Notes under the pieces: model-generated
What the model was told of the DNA's origin: nothing
Seen by the model: only the letters and a program-made list of their open reading frames with translations
Databases searched by the model: none
Made by a program: the position numbers and the translations under genes
Shown here: piece after piece, positions 1 through 11,779 of the stretch
How the letters are laid out: each line of letters begins with the position of its first letter
How positions within the stretch are numbered: position 1 is the first letter of the stretch
NCBI GenBank assembly: GCA_001661245.1
Contig: KV454012.1
Location: 1-64,000, forward strand
Direction: 5' to 3'
Source of the DNA: Pachysolen tannophilus NRRL Y-2460
Taxonomy: Eukaryota
DNA length: 64,000 nucleotides

Positions 1-320
1 ACTCACACCACTCACACCACTCACACCACTCACCACCACTCACACCACTCACACCACTCACACCACTCACACCACTCACACCACTCACACCACTCACACC
101 ACTCACACCACTCACACCACTCACACCACTCACACCACTCACACCACTCACACCACTCACACCACTCACACCACTCACACCACTCACACCACTCACACCA
201 CTCACACCACTCACACCACTCACACCACTCACACCACTCACACCACTCACGCCACTCACACCACTCACACCACTCACACCACTCACACCACTCACACCAC
301 TCACACCACTCACACCACTC
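1..320. repeat. Telomeric repeat tract, 9-bp unit ACTCACACC (G-rich strand GGTGTGAGT), about 35 copies
   Basis: Near-perfect tandem 9-mer from base 1 with the C-rich strand on + (expected at a left chromosome end). Two variant units: a one-C insertion (28-37) and an A>G change (251). Abrupt junction to unique sequence at ~320. Confidence 0.93.
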
Positions 321-1682
321 CCATGCTATCAAATACAGCAAAACATGAAAACAGCTTTTGTAGTACCCAAAATCAATCTCAAAGTTCTTCTAAGAAGATT
401 ACTTGCTACCTCTTCTTTCCAATAGTACAATTCAAGTGGTGGTTTACAAACAGACATACCTGTTTCGACTTTTACTTCACGATTACATACGACTTTAAAT
501 GAGATCATGCGTGATTGAGCTTCAGATCATACCTGGTCCTTTTTTTTTTTACTATGTAAGCACGTAATTCTACATTAAGGCTAATACAGACTCTGGAAAT
601 TCGGAAATTATATTCAATAAGAAAGTTGGTCCTCTTTATATATATCATCAAAGTGAAGAATGTTTGAACTTTAATAGCTCAACATATAGCTACAAGAAAT
701 TCAGATTGTAGAAAACACAGTAGAAAATATGAAAAAAAATCAATGTCTTTTCACAACGTTTTTTTTTTCTTTTAGCTTCCTGTTGTAACAATTTAGATAC
801 TTAACTCCAACTTGAAAGCTTTTGCAATTACGAAATTGATCATTGTCATTGGTAGCAAGGAAAGAAATATAAATAAACTGTAGTTGCACAGCCGCACCTG
901 TATTGTTCACCGGACGCAGTAGCCTGCAAAGTATCCATCAACAACTTTCTTGGCTTTTTTTTTTTTGAATACGTCCTGTACAGATCTTTCGGGCTTTCTA
1001 ACAACTCTTCCTGGTTTCTAATTATAATGATTCAGAGATTCTCGTTTAGATTTAAAATTGACGAAGGTCTCAGTATCAACTGCTGATGAAGCAAAGTTTA
1101 TAATCTTCACATTAATAGGCGTCATCATTAAATCTCTGAGGGCTAATTTCGAATGCCTCATAAAAATAGCACTATAGTGTAGGAACGTTAGAAGCAACTG
1201 GACCCAAAGTATTAACTGACTATTCATCCTTAATTTATGCACAGTATAGTTCTCTTATTTCGGTGCCAGTTATCAGCGTAACAGTATATTACTTATTGTA
1301 TATACCTTACCTGTATTTGATTTCGTACTCTGTACACTATTTATTTCCTATCGGTATTTCTGCATCAAATACTTCTTTGATTAGACCAAAGATCAAGACT
1401 TAGTTGACTAAAGTTTGCGAATACTGTAAAGGCCTGAAGTTAGAATCAAACTCATCTACTTTAGCATTGGTTGTCTTTAATAAATTATTGGTAACTTATT
1501 CTATATATAGAAATTTCAATTGAATTGTAATTACGTTTGCGCAAGTACTTATTTTTTACCTTGTGCCACCACCCGCCTAACTAGATTGATATACGTTGCG
1601 GAAGCTGCTGCATTTTACTTTTTTTTCTTTTTTTTTTTTTTTTTTTTATTATTTTTTGTTCTTTTGCAATTGATCTTTCTGT

Positions 1683-2240
1683 ATGTTGAAACTTGTTCCG
1701 AGATTCTTTTCCAGTATGAGTAATGCGAATCCCAAAGATGTACTAGAGTTTTGGTTTGGAAAAGTAGGCGAACCGGGGTATTTGAAAGCAAAGTCATTTT
1801 GGTACGGTAATGAAGAAGATGATAAATTAGTTGCAGAAAAATTAGGATCATATTACGAAGAAGCTAAAAATGGAGGTCTTAGTAATTGGGCAGATATTCC
1901 CGATGGTTCAATTGCACTAATTATTTTGCTAGATCAGGTTCCTCGTAATATTTTTCGTAATAAGGCTCAAGCTTACGCTACGGATAATCTAGCATTATCT
2001 GTTGCTAAAAAAATGGTTGAGAACGGCTGGGATAAAAACCAGCCAACCGTTGTAAGACGCTATGTGTATTCTCCGTTCAACCATTCAGAAAATTTAGAAG
2101 ATCAAAAGCGTTCACTTGAGTTGTTTACGGATCTTGGAGACCCTACACATATGTACTGGGCGCGCAATTTTTATGAAACAATTAAAAAATATGGAAGGTT
2201 TCCTCATCGCGATGAAATTTTGGGTCGTAGCGGTAATTGA
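1683..2240 (+). CDS. DUF924 family protein, possibly with a mitochondrial presequence
   Basis: 185-aa ORF with DUF924 hallmarks: VLEFWFG, ALIILLDQVPRNIFR, PFNHSENLEDQ, GRFPHRxxILGR. The N-terminus MLKLVPRFFSS is basic/hydroxylated with no acidic residues. Confidence 0.88.
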   Translation: MLKLVPRFFSSMSNANPKDVLEFWFGKVGEPGYLKAKSFWYGNEEDDKLVAEKLGSYYEEAKNGGLSNWADIPDGSIALIILLDQVPRNIFRNKAQAYATDNLALSVAKKMVENGWDKNQPTVVRRYVYSPFNHSENLEDQKRSLELFTDLGDPTHMYWARNFYETIKKYGRFPHRDEILGRSGN

Positions 2241-2624
2241 GCAAAAAATAAATTATTAGATGAGAAAGAGAAGTACTTTTCTTGTAGTTGACATTTTTTA
2301 AATATTCATCATTTAACGAACATAATAAAGTTCCAAATTATTCTAATGATGTATATTTAAATTCTCAACCCTTTCCAACTTGGAAAGAGGAAATAGACTT
2401 ATATTGTCTCAACTCTTATTTTATTAGCAGTTGAGAAGTTCTACAAATATCTATAATCTAATTAATTTTATTTCAAAAAAAGTTTAATCATTATCATTAT
2501 CTCTAAATTCCATCTATACAAAAGAACAATAAGAAAAATAAAAAACAGGCCCTCTCTAATCAGCAATAGAACAAAGAAAACAAAAAAATAAAAAAAAAAT
2601 AAAAAACTTAAAGAAAATTATAAA

Positions 2625-5045
2625 TTATAGCGAATAGTGACCAGGACTTGGTGGATTATCTCCAACGTCCCATTCAACTGGATCAGATCCTAAAACAAAA
2701 TAAATTTCACCTCCATTTGTGAACACATCATCATGGCTAACCCAATTTTTATCCCATGAGTCTCCATTGACCGTTACATTTTGAACAAATATATTGGTCT
2801 CACTCAAATTGTCTGCAATTACGCTGAAAGTGTTACCGTTATCCAATTCCAATGTGAAATTCGATACAAAGGGTGATGATAATAAATATGTTGTTGTACC
2901 GGAAACAGGATAAAGTCCAATTATTCCCCAAAACAACCAAGCCTGCATTGCACCAGCATCAGAATTACCAGGAAGTCCCGTTGAACCAGTAGAATATTGG
3001 TCATTAAGAATATATCTAATAGTCTCCACAGTTCTATACTGAGCGTTAACATAATTATATAAATAAGGTGTTAAGAAACTTGGTTCATTCCCAATATCTG
3101 CAAGACTATCCCCATACAACCCAAACATATCATCAAGTCGTTGTATAAAAACGCTCTCATCTCCAATAAATGATTTCAAAGTCTCTATATCATGAGGAAC
3201 TGCCCATCCATACTCTACTGGTTTGCCTTCGTATTCATCATTACTCCAATAGCAATTTCCACAAGATAAAGGATCGTAATTAGTGTAATTAAATTCACCG
3301 TTCGCATCTTTTGGTTGAACAAATCCTGTATAATTATACAGGCTTGTTGAAGCATTAAAATTCCAAATATTTTGCCAATTTGCAGAACGTTTCAAATATT
3401 TTTCATAATCTGAGGTATTATTTAATCCTTGTGCAACAACCGAAAGTGCAAAATCATCATATGCATATTCCATTGTTCTCGTAACTGAACGAGTATAGTT
3501 TCTGGTAATCCAGCCATATTTGAGCCAATCTGGAAGTGCACCTCTTCCATCTTTGGTTGAAGCGTCTGGTGCAAAACTGTCGTACCAATAAGGTGGTGTA
3601 ACTTCAGCATCTTTAACCATTGCAGCATATCCTTCAGTCCAATTAACTCCTTGACTTATACCTTTTATATACGCATCGGCCAATACTATGTCAGCATTAC
3701 TACCACCTTGAGTACGGCCATTTTGGTTAGCAGATCTTCCATCAGGCATATATCCTACATTTTTATATGTATCAATTAAACTTCTGACAAGTTCTGCTCC
3801 TCTGGTTGGGTCCATAACATTGAAAAGTGGATTAAGACATCTAAAAGTATCCCAAATGGTGAACCAATCATCGTAATATGGTTCACTTGAAGTCCAATAA
3901 GGATTTTCACCAGTTCTGTTTGAAGGAAGTAAATGAGAACCATATAAAGCTGAATATAATAATGTAGTTAAAGTTTCATTAGAATTATCCATCGAAATTT
4001 TGCCAAAAACATCATCATACCACTTATATTGTGTATCTTCTACAACATCCCAGATGTTGTAACTATTATCTGGAAAATCATCCAAAATATTTTGACATGC
4101 TTGATCAGTTGAAATAAATGATATACCAACTCTACTACGAATTTCAGTTGTTCCTTCATCCCATGTGAATATTAATCCTGCTTGCTCATCTTCAACAGTT
4201 GTGAGTGCTGAATAACTACCATTTGAATAAAATGTATAATCAGTATTATTACCAACAAATGATGAAACATCTAATGGCTCAGTATCAAATTCACCACAAA
4301 AATAAATTTTCCATGGTCCTTGATCACCCCAACCACCTTTTATAGTTGTATAACCAGTATAACTGTCTGTCAGATTATTTGGAGTTTCTATTGAGCCATT
4401 AACAGCATATTGTGTCCACCAAGGTCTGGTTTTTGAATAAAGATGATGTGTGGCATTGACCACTATATTTGGTGTAGAATTTGATGGGAATGTGTACTGA
4501 TAAATTCCAGATCTCTCAGCCGCAGCAAATTCTATTATTACATCATTTTCTAACTCAACTTTATAATAACCAACCGTTGCGACATCTTTTGTTTTCTTGG
4601 TTTGGGCTACTGATGTTGAAACATCTACATCTCCTACCAATGGAAGCTGGGCAACTACACCATACTCAGGTGCCCCACCAGTACCACTTTCATGCATCAT
4701 TGATATTCCATAGATATAACCATCAACTGCATAACCGGAATAAGCATCTCCAGCTGATGCTCCGTAAACATCGATCCCCATTTTTGCCATACCAAATGGC
4801 CTCGAAGTTCCAGGAAAGACATTTCCTCCGTTTTCTGTTCCGTAAAAGACATCAACATAATTTGTGAAATTATCAGAACCTAAAGTTACTCTAGGTATAA
4901 TGCTGCTGTATGAGGCTGTCACCGATGTAGATTTAGATATAGAGATGGAATTTGATACAGAACTCGAAGACCCTGCTTTTGATGATAATATATATAAAAA
5001 GCTGGTCAAAACTCTCTCCAATTTGGGTATTCCAAAATAAACCAT
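2625..5045 (-). CDS. Glycoside hydrolase family 92 (alpha-1,2-mannosidase), probably secreted
   Basis: 806 aa with GH92 motifs GNVFPG..PFGM, MHESGTGGAP.YG, WDTFR, GRTQGGSNAD, GNEPSF, GLPGNSDAGAM. Ser-rich N-terminal linker and many N-x-S/T sequons. Confidence 0.92.
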   Translation of the reverse strand: MVYFGIPKLERVLTSFLYILSSKAGSSSSVSNSISISKSTSVTASYSSIIPRVTLGSDNFTNYVDVFYGTENGGNVFPGTSRPFGMAKMGIDVYGASAGDAYSGYAVDGYIYGISMMHESGTGGAPEYGVVAQLPLVGDVDVSTSVAQTKKTKDVATVGYYKVELENDVIIEFAAAERSGIYQYTFPSNSTPNIVVNATHHLYSKTRPWWTQYAVNGSIETPNNLTDSYTGYTTIKGGWGDQGPWKIYFCGEFDTEPLDVSSFVGNNTDYTFYSNGSYSALTTVEDEQAGLIFTWDEGTTEIRSRVGISFISTDQACQNILDDFPDNSYNIWDVVEDTQYKWYDDVFGKISMDNSNETLTTLLYSALYGSHLLPSNRTGENPYWTSSEPYYDDWFTIWDTFRCLNPLFNVMDPTRGAELVRSLIDTYKNVGYMPDGRSANQNGRTQGGSNADIVLADAYIKGISQGVNWTEGYAAMVKDAEVTPPYWYDSFAPDASTKDGRGALPDWLKYGWITRNYTRSVTRTMEYAYDDFALSVVAQGLNNTSDYEKYLKRSANWQNIWNFNASTSLYNYTGFVQPKDANGEFNYTNYDPLSCGNCYWSNDEYEGKPVEYGWAVPHDIETLKSFIGDESVFIQRLDDMFGLYGDSLADIGNEPSFLTPYLYNYVNAQYRTVETIRYILNDQYSTGSTGLPGNSDAGAMQAWLFWGIIGLYPVSGTTTYLLSSPFVSNFTLELDNGNTFSVIADNLSETNIFVQNVTVNGDSWDKNWVSHDDVFTNGGEIYFVLGSDPVEWDVGDNPPSPGHYSL

Positions 5046-6596
5046 TGATACTATTTATTTTCAAAAAATTTCGAACCCAAACTTAAATTCAACGGGCTTT
5101 TGAACTACGGGAAAAGAGTAAATTTTTTATTTTTTTTCAAGGTAAATTCCAAACTTATATATACAATACTTAGGATCATCGATAGCTAATATACCTCTAT
5201 CTCAATTCCACGTGGATTCGAATATCAAAGAGATCAATTCAAGAAATCTAGTGCAATTTTTATATTCAGTTTCCCCCTAAAAGAAAGAAAGAAATAAAAA
5301 AAAAAGAAAAAAAGAAATTTGACCATGTGTGTTTAGAACTGGTAGATTGATGCATAATTATGCACGTTGCGGTTTGTTTACGCTAAATTCTCTGTACTTC
5401 TGATTTCTTTTTTTTATGCGTTTTTGTCCTAATCTTCTTTTTTTCGGAGGTACCCACCTACCACAATAGTGAGGATGAGCAAAAAGAAGTGAAGGGACAC
5501 AGAAAGAAATACAAATAAATCAATAGTTAATAAGAGGTAACAAATTCAATTTAAAAAAACAAATGAAAATTAAGCATAATCAGATCGATCAAATCTCAGG
5601 GTTTTTCACTGCAGAGAGATATGAATGCAGATTTTATAAAATTAATGTAAAGATTAATTACATTACATATTTTGATTTTTTTTTCTTAAAAAAAATTTCT
5701 TTACGTGCTTTAAAGTGGTACTTTTGAATTTAATATGGAGTCTGTATGCGCACAAAAAAAAAAAAACTTTAGGTAAAAAGCTAAAGGCCGCCTAAGCAAA
5801 GGTTTATTTCTAAAAGTATTTCCGAAAATGGAATTGCCACCTAGTGAAAAAGTGTCACAAGACTTGATTTTTTTTAGTACACATTCCTTGTAACTAATCG
5901 GCTTGTAGCTAGTGGTGCATAGTGCTTTTGAACCATTATATGAATTTTTTTTTTGGTATGAATACCCTTGATATAAAAAAATCTTTATATCTTAGCTTTT
6001 GCAAAGATATGCTAATTCGTGTTCGCGAAGAAAATTTTTTCATATTCGTTATGAATAGCGCCAGATATCGAAATAACATTACCCCATCAAAGTAATAAAC
6101 GGAAGAAAGTTTAAAACTTAGTTCTGCTATATTATGCATTTCTCTTGTTTTGTATAAGATAGATGTTATCTATATTACTTTAATTTGTATTATATGCCTA
6201 TTTGAGGTTCGTGTGACCTCAAAAACTAAAACAAAAGAAGAAGAAAAAAAAAAGAAAAAGAAAATACGAAAATTAAGATTTATTTTCCATGTATTATTAT
6301 GCGCCAAGCTAAATAATTCTTACTTCAAATACAATAAAGTAGTCAAATGTACGAATGGAAAAAATCGTACTAGCCGTTCCTCTTACTGTCGTTCTTTTTA
6401 TTTCTTTTGAATTTATTTTTCTTTCTTTTCTTTTGCCTTTTACGCTTCTTCAAGATAGAAAGAAAGAATATCACTAATACTAGTGTTAACTAAGCATATT
6501 AAAGTATCAATCTTTTTGTTTTTCTTTTTTTTCTTTTCAAAGATTAAATAACCTATAAACTAAGAGTATAACTATAACGCATAAATAAAAATATTT

Positions 6597-8297
6597 TCAA
6601 TGTTGAACACCAAGTAATCTTCTACGTCTTTCAATCAATTTCCAGTATCTGTCCTTGGTTTTCTTTCTCCAATACAAACCAGTGAGCTCCATAACAAAGA
6701 AAGTGGAGATACAGAAGAGACAAATGAAAGCAGCAGCAACAAATGTATTTTGTAAACCTGTGTTATCAACCCATGGTGTAATTCCGTAATCCATAGCAAA
6801 ATTCATGGTATTACGTATCATTACAACAGTGGCCATAGCTTCACAGGATAACTCGTGATAGCAATCAATAACGTAAGTCACAGCGTTTACACAACCAATA
6901 ATACATAAACCTGCCATTAACCCTAAACCAAATACAACACCAAACCAATGAATACCGTGATAAGCTCCTACTCCCCATAAGATTAAAGCAAATGGGCCTA
7001 AAATCATGTAAACGACTAATGCCCAAAGTCTGTCTTCAGCATGAGATAGCCCATTACGTCTTTTAGCAAATTTAATTTTAAGCCAATCAGTAGTCCAACC
7101 AGCATAAAAATAAATTATCAATACAAATATAACAGGAGAAACATACGCTAGGCCACACATTGAACTTGAGAAATTATAAGGTGCTGCACTTAGTACAAGC
7201 GACTCAGTACCATTTAAAACCGAATACCAGAAAAGAGAGGACCCGTAAAGAAAACCTGACCACAAAACAACAGGGAATTGCAACATGTAAAAAGGACCTT
7301 TCATGTATTCCCATAATAAAAATTTAGAATGAATACCTGATGTAAGTGACAATTTTTGCCAAAAATTCTTTGGAGGCAGATATTCAATTGGTTCATCAAC
7401 TAAAATAGCTTGATTTTCTAAATGTTCATTGACTTCCATCTCCAACTCATCAAGAGTTTGGTGAGAAGTGACATTGGTAACAACAGTTGGGGATTTTACA
7501 TCGCCATTTGTTTCCGTAGAAGAAAGAACATTGCCATCAGAATCTTTCTGAACAGACAATTTTCTTTCATAATTTGTCTCTTCCATAAAGAAAAATAAAA
7601 ATACAAAACTCATACAACAAAAAATAACCGACCAATAAATAACCCATTTCCATCCACCAACTGCCAAATTTCTACTGTTTTCATTGATGAATCCTGCAAC
7701 AAGAGGAGCAATATAATTCGAACCAAAAAGAGCTACAGCATATATCCCCATATAAGTTGCTCTTTCATGTTCGAAAAACAAGTCAGAAATTGAAATTTCT
7801 GGTAAGGCTTCAATTGGAGCAGCGAAAAAACCTGCAAGAATCTTGGAAGCAATCCATTGACCATTCGTTGTAATATATGGCTGCCATAAATTAAACATTG
7901 CAACAGCAATTGTCGAAAGTAAATATACTGGTCTTTTACCATACTGTAAAGCAATAGGTTGGAAAAATAAACAACCAATACCCAAGAATAAAAACATGTA
8001 TCCTGTTCCATCATTCAAATCTGTAACACTAATGTCTACCCCTGGTGCTTCAGATATATCTGTTAAGATAGAATAGATACATGTACCTGGAACACCAACA
8101 CCAAATGTATATAAAATAATACAGAAAACGTGCATCCATTTCCTTCCTTTGGACCAGTTAAGCGGATCATTTGGATCTTCTGAAGGTGTTGGAATCAAAA
8201 CAATCTCCTTCTTCCCTTCGGCATGCTCCACTTTTGATGATAAATCTAAGTCCACCAAATGGGTAGTCCCTGGAATAGCATCATAATCAATGCCCAT
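6597..8297 (-). CDS. Major facilitator superfamily transporter (Hol1-like)
   Basis: 566 aa, about 12 hydrophobic segments. Has the LIPTPSEDPNDPLNWS N-terminal motif, YGKRPVY loop and DLFFEHERA motif typical of fungal Hol1-type MFS proteins. Confidence 0.9.
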   Translation of the reverse strand: MGIDYDAIPGTTHLVDLDLSSKVEHAEGKKEIVLIPTPSEDPNDPLNWSKGRKWMHVFCIILYTFGVGVPGTCIYSILTDISEAPGVDISVTDLNDGTGYMFLFLGIGCLFFQPIALQYGKRPVYLLSTIAVAMFNLWQPYITTNGQWIASKILAGFFAAPIEALPEISISDLFFEHERATYMGIYAVALFGSNYIAPLVAGFINENSRNLAVGGWKWVIYWSVIFCCMSFVFLFFFMEETNYERKLSVQKDSDGNVLSSTETNGDVKSPTVVTNVTSHQTLDELEMEVNEHLENQAILVDEPIEYLPPKNFWQKLSLTSGIHSKFLLWEYMKGPFYMLQFPVVLWSGFLYGSSLFWYSVLNGTESLVLSAAPYNFSSSMCGLAYVSPVIFVLIIYFYAGWTTDWLKIKFAKRRNGLSHAEDRLWALVVYMILGPFALILWGVGAYHGIHWFGVVFGLGLMAGLCIIGCVNAVTYVIDCYHELSCEAMATVVMIRNTMNFAMDYGITPWVDNTGLQNTFVAAAFICLFCISTFFVMELTGLYWRKKTKDRYWKLIERRRRLLGVQH

Positions 8298-8445
8298 ATT
8301 TAATCAAGATACTAGCTACTATTACTACTACTTTTAGTTTTTTTATCACTTTCTAATCAGTGTCTCGGTTTTTAAACAAAATGCTATTCAACTAGCTTCT
8401 TGTAAGAAATATGTACTTCTATTTATAATGAAATTAAAATCAAAA

Positions 8446-8695
8446 GATAAGATAGACGGCTCGAGAATGTTCACATCTAAACACACATAAAAATATCTCA
8501 AGCAAATATTTATCAAATTTTAATACTGGCAACCGATATTACTTGTATTAAAATTTCCTAGTATGACAGGTGTTTACTGATAACTCTTCATTGTAGAAGC
8601 TCTTATCGTGCTGACAGATATTACTTGTCATACACTATCGGACACAATCAATTACCCTTTGCGGTATCAGTCTTCGCCAAAAAATATACGATAAG
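8446..8695. promoter_or_regulatory. Cluster of GATAAG (GATA-factor / nitrogen catabolite repression-type) sites upstream of the MFS gene
   Basis: GATAAG at 8446 and 8690 and CTTATC at 8602, all within 400 bp of the ATG at 8297. Function is inferred. Confidence 0.45.
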
Positions 8696-9087
8696 AAAAG
8701 GGTTTTATTATAATAATTAATCTAGCCGCATTTGATGACTGTTTTTGGATACCACGGTCGACAATCATGATATCTTGATGAATATATGCATGAAATAAAT
8801 TGAGTATTTTTTTTTGTACCTTTACAAATAATACTTGACTATTTACAGAAAGATTGATTAGTACCTACATATCATATCAGTTGTAGAAATTGTCTCAAAA
8901 TATTTGTTCAATTAGAACAAAAAAAAAATAATAATTAAAGAATAATTTATGAATCAACCGTATTTGGGCCTAAACTCCTTTTTTTTTTCTTTTTTTTTCT
9001 TTATTATTACATTTGAAAGGAACCAAAAAATTTTTTAAAAATATTTATCAAAATGTAACTAACTAACTAAAATTTATCTTTATTTTT

Positions 9088-11333
9088 TTATAAGCACATT
9101 TTTTCCAAGGCATCCCTATCGAACAACAAATTCCATCCTGGTGCATTTTCTGAATTCAAATCGTTTCCCCAAGCCTTTTGTAAAAAATTAACGATTTGTG
9201 TCATATGTTCCCCATGAATAAGTTCACTTAACAGAAGACATCTCATCCTAATATATTCCTTATGCACAGGAAATATAGCCGCAGCACCTGCAACTACTAA
9301 GGGCCAACCACAAATTATGTAAACAAGACTATTCGGAGGTAACCTCCTTATTCCGTTATAAATCCCAGTAACATTTCTTTGAATCATCTCATCATTTTGA
9401 AGTAAATTTGGATTCACAAGTTTTGCAACCAAAATATGAGCAGCTTTGGCAACAATATCTGCTACTAGAACGCTTTCTGTAAGTTTATGATATACTTCCT
9501 TCGAATATGAGGAACTAATATTGGTAGGTAAAACTGGTGGAACATAAAACATTAAATCTTTGAATAACTTTTGAGCTAACTTCATATTCTCATGATCAAG
9601 AGGTAGTTTGAAACAAAGCCAAGAAGCTTTTGCGGCAAACTCATACGATTCCAAAGCTGCTCCAAAAACTGGATTATTCATCCAAGATACTGGACAATCA
9701 TAAATCGGATCATAAAGCATGTCTCTAAATTGATCAAAAATTTGAAATGGCGAGGGTAAAAATCCAATTTGGGATGGCTTGGAAATTAATAAATTAACAG
9801 AATAATTGTAAAGAAAACTTTCAATTAACGTTTTCTCAGTGGGTGAAAATTCTAATTTAGTTTCACCTCCTTTTGATGGCATCATACATAACCTATTCAA
9901 GTAGTTTTTAAATTTATTATCATTATCAAGAGCACCTGCTAATACTAAATTATCAGAATCTTTGAATTCTTTTTGTTCTAAACAAATTAAATCTTTTTCG
10001 CTGTAACAGTTAACCTCTTCAATACTATGAATTGGTGTAGCAATGCTCAAATTATCCTTTAAAGATTTTGACTTTGGAGGTGATTTTAAAAATGATTTTT
10101 CAAACATAATATCCCACTCAAGTTGGGAACGATTTCTAACCTTTTCGTTTTGTCTTTTTCTTATTATTTGAAATGCCATAGTTAAATGTCCAGCAGGTTT
10201 TGAAGGCACTGTTCCAAAATGCTTATCTCTAAGACAAAGTAACAATGTTGCAATTAACATCCAATCTTCAGTTCCTTCGGTTTCAGGTGCATTTATAAGA
10301 TTTGCTAATTCATTTAAACACAGAGCATATTTGTATTGGGCAAATGATTTTAACTCGGGTCTTCTCCAACTCAAGTGTGCAGCTCCGCATGCAAAGAAGA
10401 TATGTCTTAAAACCGGACTAGAAACTCCAGGAGGAACAAATATTGCACCTGGAGTTAATTTTGGGTGTGTGAGCTGAGGCGATATAGCCAGGATAAATCC
10501 ATTTATAAATGCATGGTATAAATACGCATCCTCAGTTGACAATTGTATACCTGTAATCCATGTGCTAGAACCGTTTATAATCAGTGAGTTACTGAAAAAA
10601 AACTCATTACCACATCTCTTACTATTTACCAAATCCAATCTGTTGCGATAATTGGTTTCTAAAACTAGTTTCTCTTCAACCCGAGATTTTAATCGTTCTT
10701 CATGAGAATCTCTATCGGAAGTAAAAAATCCATCTGATATAGATGAAGGAAAATTTTTTAAAGATGGAAGTATATTTTTATCAATGCTATCGCCTTTTTC
10801 CTCTTTTGGTATATCAAGTGTCGATGATCTGAAATTATCGACTGGTTCATTAATACCCGTCCGGTTATCAAAAGACTGTATAACAATATTATTGGAATCG
10901 CGATTGCTCAACACTTTTAACACCGACTGACTACTCTCCAATGGTTCAACAGTGGGTTTTTTATTGTCAATTAACTTCTTCAAAGAGCTACCATCCGCGA
11001 AACTAACCACAAATGAAAATCTTCTATTCCCGGTTTCTTTCTTGGGAACAAATTTTGAATGGTGCGGTAACGACATGTTTCCAGCATGAGGCCAGACACA
11101 TTCCAAAGATCCAGTGGAACATCTAAGGCATCTAGGTTTTTTCTCGTCACATTTTTTTTTCTTTTGACGGCCTGTAAAACGAAACCCAAAAAAACAAAAA
11201 CAAAAAAAAAATAATGTTGGTAATTGATCCAATAAAGAACTAAAAAAATTGCTGAAAAAGACTACTCACAAGTAAAACATCCATTTTTCGATCTCTGTAC
11301 CTTCAATAGATTATTAGAATTCTTGCTAGACAT
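9088..11333 (-). CDS. Zn(II)2Cys6 transcription factor; two exons (11333-11270, 11171-9088), about 715 aa
   Basis: Removing an intron at 11269-11172 (GTGAGT...TACCAAC...TTTACAG) gives MSSKN...RSKNGCFTCRQKKKKCDEKKPRCLRCSTGSLECVW, a complete six-Cys cluster. A fungal-specific TF domain follows. The ORF-track start at 11232 lies inside the intron. Confidence 0.9.
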
Positions 11334-11779
11334 CTGCTTTAGTGAGTCTGTGAAGATCAAATTGAATTCTGAATGAATGCAATTTTCAAATATTTCAAAT
11401 CAACTAGATATTTTAATAGGAACACTGAAAATGTTAAATCGCGGAATTAAGATAAGAGATTCTCAATTAGGAACATGGCATCGGCAAAGTTTACTTGATC
11501 CTGATTAAAGAGGTTGTGGCCAACCTCATGGAAGTAAAATATGATCAGCAAAGTGGACAAAATGAAACTTTTTAGATCTGGTCTGTATTAGTCTAAAAGG
11601 ACGAAGATTATTAAAAGAATATTTATATATAAATATATATATACATGTATATAGACAGCTGTAAAAACGTGCTATGTAGGATAAAGTTTTTCTAAGTTAA
11701 TTGGCTTTAAATTTTTACTTGAGCTTTTTTTGAAAACCTTCTGTCTGTCTAGGTTATAACTTTATTCTTTATTGTCAAA

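Noticed and set aside
1..320. CRISPR-like array
   Set aside because: No spacers; this is a pure tandem repeat in a eukaryotic genome.
30..341. ORF encoding (WCE)n
   Set aside because: It is simply the translation of the 9-bp telomeric repeat.
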